This document shows positions 16,776 through 23,555 of a DNA stretch of 31,164 bases, in pieces. The stretch's first letter is position 1, and the number at the start of each line of letters is the position of its first letter. The notes under the pieces were generated by a model. The model was not told the DNA's origin, did not search any database, and saw nothing but the letters and a program-made list of their open reading frames with translations. Origin of the DNA: a virus; IMG/VR virus record IMGVR_UViG_3300010353_002388, positions 1-31,164 of that record, one strand, 5' to 3'. The translations under genes were made by a program, and so were the position numbers.

Positions 16776-18029
16776 ATGAATTTAAAAAATTTTAAAATTA
16801 CAAACAAAGGTCTTTATTGGGGGCTTATTGTTACATTTGCCCTCCTATATTTGTGTGTAGGATTTGTATCAACTTTACACTCAATTACATTTTTCAACTT
16901 AGCGAATACTGTTGGCCTTGCAGTACTTCTTGGTATTACTTATGAAATTGGCCAAGCGTCAGTTTTATTTTCGATACTTATGACTAAGAATAAGGATAGA
17001 TTTTTGCCATGGGCTTTAATGTTTTTATTAACAGCGTTACAAGTCACAGCGAACGTTTATGCCTCATTTAAATTTATGGCAAATTCAGGCTCTAATGATT
17101 GGCAATATTGGCAAAAATCAATATTGATTGGTGTACAAGCTGAGAATGCTGAAATGTATCAAGTTATTATATCATGGATAGCGGGTGCATTACTTCCTAT
17201 AGTTGCTCTTGGTATGACAGCATTGGTTGCTAATAATATCAAAATGATTACTGAGGAAAATGAAGCTAATAAGGAGGAGCCAAAGGAAGAGAATAAACCA
17301 AGAGAGGAAGAGCTAAAGGAAGAGAATAAACCAAAGGAAACTTCAGATTTAAGCGAAACTATCGGAAAGATCCTTGATAGAGATAATCATTTGGAAAAAC
17401 TTAAGAATACCCTTCTTTCTACTGCTGGCCCAGCTACAAAATATGAGGAAAATCCAATTATTGGTGAAGGAGGAGTTGAAATTATTAAAGACCCTATCTC
17501 TATTGAATTAAGAGATCACGAGAAAGCAAACGAAGAATTTGAAAAGGAATATTTTCAAGATAATATGACTCCTCTTCAAAGATCTGAAAAAGAAATAGAT
17601 GAGATAATCGAAAATGAGGTAGAAAGAAGGCTTAGGGAAAAAGAAAGTGCTAGGGGAATAGACAGTGCTTTTGATGTACAGGAAGGAATGGATTATCTTG
17701 ATCGAGAAGCAAATTCATTAATCCCGGAAACAACTTCAAAAATAATTGATGCCCATCCTTCTCAAATTATCATTCCAGAAGAAAATTTGCCAGAAGTAAG
17801 TAATGAAATAGAAGATGTTACTTCTCCAGAAATAATGGAGCAAGCTGTTGAAGCTACAATAAAAGAAGCGGAGGAATCCCGAATTACAGAGGAAAAAACC
17901 CCTGTTACAAAAACAAGGGGGTGGCATCTTAAGAAAACTTATGTAGATTCGAATGGAGATGTTTATCATTTTGGCAAGATCTCGGACGATAAAGAATTAA
18001 AAGAACCCCAGGACTCAAAAAAAGCTTAG
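16776..18029 (+). CDS. multi-pass membrane protein with long acidic tail
   Basis: About four hydrophobic segments in the first 150 aa, then a Glu/Lys/Pro-rich region. Start moved to MNLKNF to remove overlap; may be continuous with 18038. Confidence 0.7.
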   Translation: MNLKNFKITNKGLYWGLIVTFALLYLCVGFVSTLHSITFFNLANTVGLAVLLGITYEIGQASVLFSILMTKNKDRFLPWALMFLLTALQVTANVYASFKFMANSGSNDWQYWQKSILIGVQAENAEMYQVIISWIAGALLPIVALGMTALVANNIKMITEENEANKEEPKEENKPREEELKEENKPKETSDLSETIGKILDRDNHLEKLKNTLLSTAGPATKYEENPIIGEGGVEIIKDPISIELRDHEKANEEFEKEYFQDNMTPLQRSEKEIDEIIENEVERRLREKESARGIDSAFDVQEGMDYLDREANSLIPETTSKIIDAHPSQIIIPEENLPEVSNEIEDVTSPEIMEQAVEATIKEAEESRITEEKTPVTKTRGWHLKKTYVDSNGDVYHFGKISDDKELKEPQDSKKA

Positions 18030-18037
18030 GAGCGAGC

Positions 18038-18319
18038 ATGGATGAAGGGGTGAAAGAAGAGCTCGCTCCTGATAAAGAAGAAATAAACCCCGTAGAGGAA
18101 TTGAAAAAACCTTCTCCTGGTCAAGAACTTATTGAACGTATTAAAAAAGAAGATTTTGAAAAGAAGAAAAAGAAGGAAGCAGAAGAATATGTTCCCTCTA
18201 TTATAATAGATGGGGTAGAAGTTATTGATGCTAAAGCTATTCCAAAAAAAGAAAAAATAAGGCTCGATAAGTTTGGAATTCCTATTCCTGAAAATCGAAG
18301 AACCTGGGATAAAATCTAA
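18038..18319 (+). CDS. Glu/Lys-rich hypothetical protein (possibly the frameshifted end of the upstream gene)
   Basis: Composition matches the upstream tail; A7 run at 18017-18023. Confidence 0.5.
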   Translation: MDEGVKEELAPDKEEINPVEELKKPSPGQELIERIKKEDFEKKKKKEAEEYVPSIIIDGVEVIDAKAIPKKEKIRLDKFGIPIPENRRTWDKI

Positions 18320-18507
18320 ATATCAAAAGGACCCCTAAATACATTGGCACAACTCATAGGCACGTGCCTGCTAAGTTTAAATCCCTAAGTCATGTTAATC
18401 CTTGCCTTAGGGATTTGTTGTCTTAAACAGCAAATAATAACTTTTTATAAAAATCCATTCTATTCTTTTTATTCACGAATAAATAATAAAAATAAAAGGC
18501 TAATAGC

Positions 18508-20052
18508 ATGGCTACAGATGTATTTAATAATTCTAGCAATAACTATGTTTATCCCGCTCTTTCACCATGTGCGGGGGCTGGAGATGATTCATACCTACAA
18601 TTTTTACCAAATAAATCTGTAGGAGTTATACAGGGAAGCAACACTCTTGCTTCAATATCTTTTTCAGATATTAAAATTCCCGTTTCCTCTTATAGTTCTC
18701 AAATGAAAGTTGTAGAACCAGGAGAAGTAATTTTTATCCCTGGATTAACGAAGGGTCTTGATTTTAGATCGCAAGCATTTACTATTCCTGCATTCACGGA
18801 TAATGATTTGAATCCATATTTTATGACTGTCGATCTTTCGATTGGCTTTTATAAAAATTTCAAATATTATCAATTTAATGTTGAAGCTTCCGCAGACTAT
18901 TCAAATAATATCACAATAGATCAAGCTTTAGATATAGCTTTATCCAATATTCAAGCAAAGATTACAACTACTTATGATCCTAGTGATCTTTCTTTTACCG
19001 GAACTCAGGCAGGATGGGATTTTAATATTTCCAACATTGAACTAACTCTTATAGATGCTTCTGAAAATGCTAGTTCGCCTTTCCCTGCTATTATCATAGG
19101 GGGAATAAATGTTCCTCAAATATTTGAATTAGAAGAGGATCTTTCTAAAATGGTTCTTTATGCTAAGTATCCTAATTCAGCAATGCAAGGAATTATTTTA
19201 AAAGCTACATATCCAGCAACAGAATTAAGTTATAATAAATGGATTTATCTTAACCATGTTACAGATATTGTTACCATTTTTGAGCCTATTCAGATTGACA
19301 ACTTTTTAAAAAATATACAAAAATTTACAGAGATAACATTTGATCCTTCGATTTCTTTTGGACCATTTATAACAGATTTTACAGATGCTTCCGTTGGTTT
19401 GGATGCTAGCTCTGGAAGTGAATCCTATGTTCTTGCAGTAGATTGCTCTTACGCATATTATCAGCTAGCGGATTCATCTTTATTTAATTCTAGATTAAAT
19501 CTTGAATCAACTTTAAATGGAACTATTGAAAATTCCTGGGTAAACAAAGATTATCCTTTACTTCCTTATGGGGATCCTTCAAGCAGAGTTGAAATAGCTT
19601 TATCTATTGTAAACGACTGTTCTATAAACAATGCTTTTATTCAGGATAGCTCCATATTTACATCTTTCTTAGAAGACGTTTCATTATCTGGATGTACACT
19701 TTACAATTGCTCTTATGATCCTAGTATGGTTACCTTATCCAATTGTACTCTTATTACAATTAATGAAACTATAGATTGTTCTATTTCTTATGAGACTGAT
19801 TCATCAACCTATTATACTCCGGTTGTTAAAACAATTGAAGTTGGTATGAGTGGTTGCTCTAATGCTACTCAAATGAGCGCAGGAGATTATCTTGAATGGA
19901 TTACAGAAAACGAGGATTGGAAAAAAGTTGGAGATGCGTATATTTGGACTTCAGCTCCTGATAATGGGGATACAAGGAATTTAATTGATGGATTTTATGT
20001 TTATAATCCTCAAACTTTCCCAGTTCAAATAGATTATTTAATCTTTGTATGA
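18508..20052 (+). CDS. probable virion structural protein, D-x-S rich
   Basis: Ser/Thr/Asn/Asp-rich, beta-like, 514 aa; preceded by GAATAAATAA. Confidence 0.55.
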   Translation: MATDVFNNSSNNYVYPALSPCAGAGDDSYLQFLPNKSVGVIQGSNTLASISFSDIKIPVSSYSSQMKVVEPGEVIFIPGLTKGLDFRSQAFTIPAFTDNDLNPYFMTVDLSIGFYKNFKYYQFNVEASADYSNNITIDQALDIALSNIQAKITTTYDPSDLSFTGTQAGWDFNISNIELTLIDASENASSPFPAIIIGGINVPQIFELEEDLSKMVLYAKYPNSAMQGIILKATYPATELSYNKWIYLNHVTDIVTIFEPIQIDNFLKNIQKFTEITFDPSISFGPFITDFTDASVGLDASSGSESYVLAVDCSYAYYQLADSSLFNSRLNLESTLNGTIENSWVNKDYPLLPYGDPSSRVEIALSIVNDCSINNAFIQDSSIFTSFLEDVSLSGCTLYNCSYDPSMVTLSNCTLITINETIDCSISYETDSSTYYTPVVKTIEVGMSGCSNATQMSAGDYLEWITENEDWKKVGDAYIWTSAPDNGDTRNLIDGFYVYNPQTFPVQIDYLIFV

Positions 20053-20492
20053 TAGCCAAGAAGGTTTTTGAAAATATAGAATTTAAAAGAGGAGATCCCC
20101 CTCAAAAAACCTTAAAAGTAGGAAAACATAGAACTACTTCTAAAACTTTTAAGGATTATGAAGGAGAAGAACAAACTATTGAAGTCGATCGAGAAAATAG
20201 TTTTGATCTTTATAATATGAGGGTCCGGTTAGTTTTTAATAAAATAGAAGGTGATGAGTTTGCTGATGTTTTCATCAATGGAGAAAAAAATGATTTTTCG
20301 GTTTTTAAAATAACTCCTTTTGATTATGAATTTAAGAGCAGCGCATACGGATTTCCTGTTGCAAAAGATGAAAAACATCTTAAGGAATTAAAAGAAAAAT
20401 ATTCTCATTGGATTGCAATATCTAATGATTATTCTAGGGAAAATAAAGATCCTTTTATTGCGGTTGCAGAATTAATACTTTTTACATACTAA
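20049..20492 (+). CDS. hypothetical protein with N-terminal FERG-type tag
   Basis: MIAKKVFENIEFKRGDPPQKTLKVG. Confidence 0.7.
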   Translation: MIAKKVFENIEFKRGDPPQKTLKVGKHRTTSKTFKDYEGEEQTIEVDRENSFDLYNMRVRLVFNKIEGDEFADVFINGEKNDFSVFKITPFDYEFKSSAYGFPVAKDEKHLKELKEKYSHWIAISNDYSRENKDPFIAVAELILFTY

Positions 20493-20935
20493 TGAAAGCA
20501 CTAAAAGTATTCGAAGCATATAACTTTCAAAGAGGCCAGAATCCAAAAAGATCTCTTTCTTTAGGAAAATACAAGTCCCTTCTTTATAGGGCTTTAACTG
20601 ATCCAGATAATGAAGTTAATGGAGAAGCCTTTCGTGATTGGATGGAGACAAATCCTACTCTTGCGAAAGCTATAGAATATGATAAAAATCCTTTACCTTT
20701 GGATCAATATTTAACCTTTGATTTGGACTATTATTGCGAAAATAATGATATAGATCCAGATGATCTCAAAGATGATTTTGATTCTAAAGAAATTTTTTCA
20801 AGGTTAAAACCTGGAGAATTAATGGTCTTTAGAGGAATTATTAAAAGTTTACCCGATCAAAATAAAGTTTTATATTATAGGGGAGGAAATATTGATGGGT
20901 TTATTACTCGAAAAGATTGGGTTGGTATAAGATAA
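20492..20935 (+). CDS. hypothetical protein with N-terminal FERG-type tag
   Basis: MKALKVFEAYNFQRGQNPKRSLSLG; TAATG overlap with the previous gene. Confidence 0.7.
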   Translation: MKALKVFEAYNFQRGQNPKRSLSLGKYKSLLYRALTDPDNEVNGEAFRDWMETNPTLAKAIEYDKNPLPLDQYLTFDLDYYCENNDIDPDDLKDDFDSKEIFSRLKPGELMVFRGIIKSLPDQNKVLYYRGGNIDGFITRKDWVGIR

Positions 20936-20942
20936 ATAGATT

Positions 20943-21695
20943 ATGAGAGCAAAGAAAATATCAGATACAATCAACGAATGGGGTGGAGCAGGATATTCCA
21001 TTTATGGTGGTAACGCCGGATATGGAAATGCTAGCGGAAGAGGTATGGGATTTGGCCAGAGCTCTCAAAATAAAGGAGGTCCAAATTTAATGTATACCTA
21101 TGACGTTAAAGATCTTGATCAAAAACTCCAGCAGGCCCCAACTCCTCAAGATAATGAAAAATATATTCATGTTGGATGTGAAATTGAAGGGGATTCTTTA
21201 GATACAAAAAAGAAAATATCTGGTAAAATAGTTTCTGAAGAAACCGATAATGATGGTAATATTTCTTATTATAATGTAATAAATTCGAAAACTGGAAAAA
21301 CTGAAAGAGTAGATCCAACCTCCGCCGAATTAATTCAAAAGGATTTATCTCCAGAAATGGCTATTAGGGATTATCCAGGATTTGAGTCTTTTGAGTATCC
21401 TTCTTTTGAAGATTTTTTGAATGAAAAAGATAATGCAAGAGAAGCTGTCAAAAGAAGCCATTTGCCAAAAGATATAAAAGAAAAAATACTTCAATTGGGG
21501 GTTTCAAGATTTAAAGATGGAAAAGCTCATGGAATAGGGAAACCAAAAATTGGTGGAAAAAAATTTAGCGAAGTAGGAATTGGTGCAGATAAAAATGGTT
21601 TTTTTGTTCATACTCACCGAGCAAGATCAAAATCATATAAGGATCTTTCAGATATTCCCAATAAAACCATTAATTTTATAGCATCAACAGGATAA
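20943..21695 (+). CDS. two-module hypothetical protein (Gly-rich plus SH3-like module, basic C-terminal module)
   Basis: MRAKKISDTINE leader, Gly-rich segment, internal SFEDFLNE linker, basic domain GADKNGFFVHTHRARSKSY. Confidence 0.7.
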   Translation: MRAKKISDTINEWGGAGYSIYGGNAGYGNASGRGMGFGQSSQNKGGPNLMYTYDVKDLDQKLQQAPTPQDNEKYIHVGCEIEGDSLDTKKKISGKIVSEETDNDGNISYYNVINSKTGKTERVDPTSAELIQKDLSPEMAIRDYPGFESFEYPSFEDFLNEKDNAREAVKRSHLPKDIKEKILQLGVSRFKDGKAHGIGKPKIGGKKFSEVGIGADKNGFFVHTHRARSKSYKDLSDIPNKTINFIASTG

Positions 21696-21696
21696 T

Positions 21697-21724
21697 AAAA
21701 AAGAGGTTTATTTAACCTCTTTTT
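21697..21724. terminator. bidirectional terminator
   Basis: AAAAAAGAGGTT-TATTT-AACCTCTTTTT between convergent genes. Confidence 0.75.
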
Positions 21725-22580
21725 CTTTGTTAACATCCTGTTTTGCTTTCCACCTTTCCATTTCTTCCTCAACCCAGGGAACCTGGATACCTGTAATTCT
21801 TACATCTAATTTTCTTACAAAAACACTATTATCGGGAACATTAAATAACATAATGGCAGGATCCCCTTCTTTCCAATTTTCGTATTGCTTTACAGCTTTA
21901 TTAATAAGATCCGGGGTAAAATGATCTTTTGCTGACCAGTTTTCTAATTTTTTCCTTATATTTTTTCTGATCCATGCAAAATGCTGCATACGGATTATCT
22001 CATCTTCAAAAATATAAGTTCCTATATTTAAAGGATTATAGATTCTTCTTGTAGGATCCGTTGGACCAGGGGCTGGTCCATTGAAAGTATAATTAAAATA
22101 AGTGGAATGAATTCCGGGAACAAATGGTCTAAAGGGATAAACAAGATAATGTTCTAGATCTCTGAAATAATTAACATAGCTCCAATAAGTAATAGGCCAC
22201 CCATTTTCATTAATCATTTCCTTAGCAACTCTGAATTGATCTTTATCATAGAACTCATCGGCATCAATATTCAATATATGAGAGCATCCCCTTTCTTTTG
22301 CGAGAGAAATCCCCATATTTCTTTTATCTGTTTCTTGTTCCCTCGAATATTTTAGAAAGTTGGGTTTGAATTCAATCAATTCATCAATAAGACCTAGGGA
22401 CTTTAATCTCTCTAATTCAGCCATATCTTTTGGATCCATTGCATTTTTCCAATAAGATTTCTTTTGATAAAAACCGGCAACCCAGTCTACTTGATCCCTT
22501 ATTTGGGAAATAAGATCAAATAATAATTCGCTTGAGTCAAAACAGTTAATAGTAAGGCCTAATTTTTTTATTTTTCCCAT
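21708..22580 (-). CDS. glycosyltransferase (GT-A/GT2-like)
   Basis: TINCFDSSELL N-terminal strand, NIDADEFY DxD motif, MQHFAWIRKN. Confidence 0.72.
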   Translation of the reverse strand: MGKIKKLGLTINCFDSSELLFDLISQIRDQVDWVAGFYQKKSYWKNAMDPKDMAELERLKSLGLIDELIEFKPNFLKYSREQETDKRNMGISLAKERGCSHILNIDADEFYDKDQFRVAKEMINENGWPITYWSYVNYFRDLEHYLVYPFRPFVPGIHSTYFNYTFNGPAPGPTDPTRRIYNPLNIGTYIFEDEIIRMQHFAWIRKNIRKKLENWSAKDHFTPDLINKAVKQYENWKEGDPAIMLFNVPDNSVFVRKLDVRITGIQVPWVEEEMERWKAKQDVNKEKEVK

Positions 22581-22813
22581 TCTTTTGGTTTTTCTTTTTT
22601 AAATAATTTTATCCATGTTCTTTCAATCTCTCTCATTCTTTCTTTACTCTTTTTTTTCCATTTTATATCATCAATTATAATTTTTACTGTATAAGCTATA
22701 AAGAGAATAAATGCTAAAAATAGAAAAATGGTTATAGCATTTGAATAAAATGGATCATGAATTCCTATTATATCTCGTATTAATTGATCTCTTATTTCTT
22801 CATAAGGATTCAT
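22568..22813 (-). CDS. small single-TM membrane protein
   Basis: TM AITIFLFLAFILFIAYTV followed by a basic tail. Confidence 0.6.
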   Translation of the reverse strand: MNPYEEIRDQLIRDIIGIHDPFYSNAITIFLFLAFILFIAYTVKIIIDDIKWKKKSKERMREIERTWIKLFKKEKPKEWEK

Positions 22814-23496
22814 TAAGACTCGTTTATTTTAATATCATCAAAAATGATAGGTATCTTTGATTGGAACTCCTTTAGCAGCGGAATAGTTAATTCCCTCATT
22901 TGAGGATGAGCAGCAGGAGAAGTTCTTAGTTTAAAAAAATGTCTCCATTCACGTAGGTTATATTTAACATTTATTTCGGTTTTAGTTGAATTCGGAAGAA
23001 CTGATCTTGCCTGCTGAGCTTGCCAGCCATCTTCAATTAATAAATTATAACTATGTTCGGCAAATGCCATAGCTATAAGCCATCTTCTTTCATCATCGTT
23101 GATATTTGTCGAAGATTCAATTTCAGCTCTATCGGTCAAAAATTGTTCATCAATATTAATGCACCAATTAGGAATAATGAAAGTAATTTGGTTATCAAAT
23201 TTATCTTTTGAATAATTACAATATCTTGTGCTCTCCTGAGCATAAGAAGCCATCCTATGACGAACTATTTCATGGGAAACCCCTCTATCGCAAGTAAATT
23301 TAACTGTAATGTCAAAAAATTCGATCATTGCTTCATGACCTCTTGAAATAAGCATTCTGATCATTTTTTCCGCAGAATCATCAGTAATCTTATCCTCAGA
23401 TTTATAGCAAGTTCTAGCAACCTTTTCAAGGAATTTTAGAATTTCTTCTCCGTTTATTGGGGTAAGGATTTCGGTAAAGGGTTTGATTAATTTCAT
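22813..23496 (-). CDS. thyX: flavin-dependent thymidylate synthase
   Basis: RGHEAMIE, SHEIVRHRMASYAQESTRY (RHRxxSxxxxSxR), ARSVLP, NLREWRHFFKLR, AHPQMR. Confidence 0.95.
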   Translation of the reverse strand: MKLIKPFTEILTPINGEEILKFLEKVARTCYKSEDKITDDSAEKMIRMLISRGHEAMIEFFDITVKFTCDRGVSHEIVRHRMASYAQESTRYCNYSKDKFDNQITFIIPNWCINIDEQFLTDRAEIESSTNINDDERRWLIAMAFAEHSYNLLIEDGWQAQQARSVLPNSTKTEINVKYNLREWRHFFKLRTSPAAHPQMRELTIPLLKEFQSKIPIIFDDIKINES

Positions 23497-23555
23497 AAAA
23501 ATATTTTTAGTGTACTACTTTTTTATTATATGAATTTTGTTATATGTAGTTTTAA

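Noticed and set aside
6979-18029. Alternative genetic code (TAG or TGA read-through) to explain short ORFs
   Set aside because: Long conserved genes are intact in the standard code. The continuations at 6979, 12055 and 18029 lie in other frames, and TAG 8488 is followed by a terminator.
2874-20935. FERG repeats as DNA-level elements (CRISPR repeats or integron-like recombination sites)
   Set aside because: Copies are in-frame coding, 330-400 bp apart or at distant loci, not palindromic, and vary at synonymous positions; no cas or integrase gene in the window.
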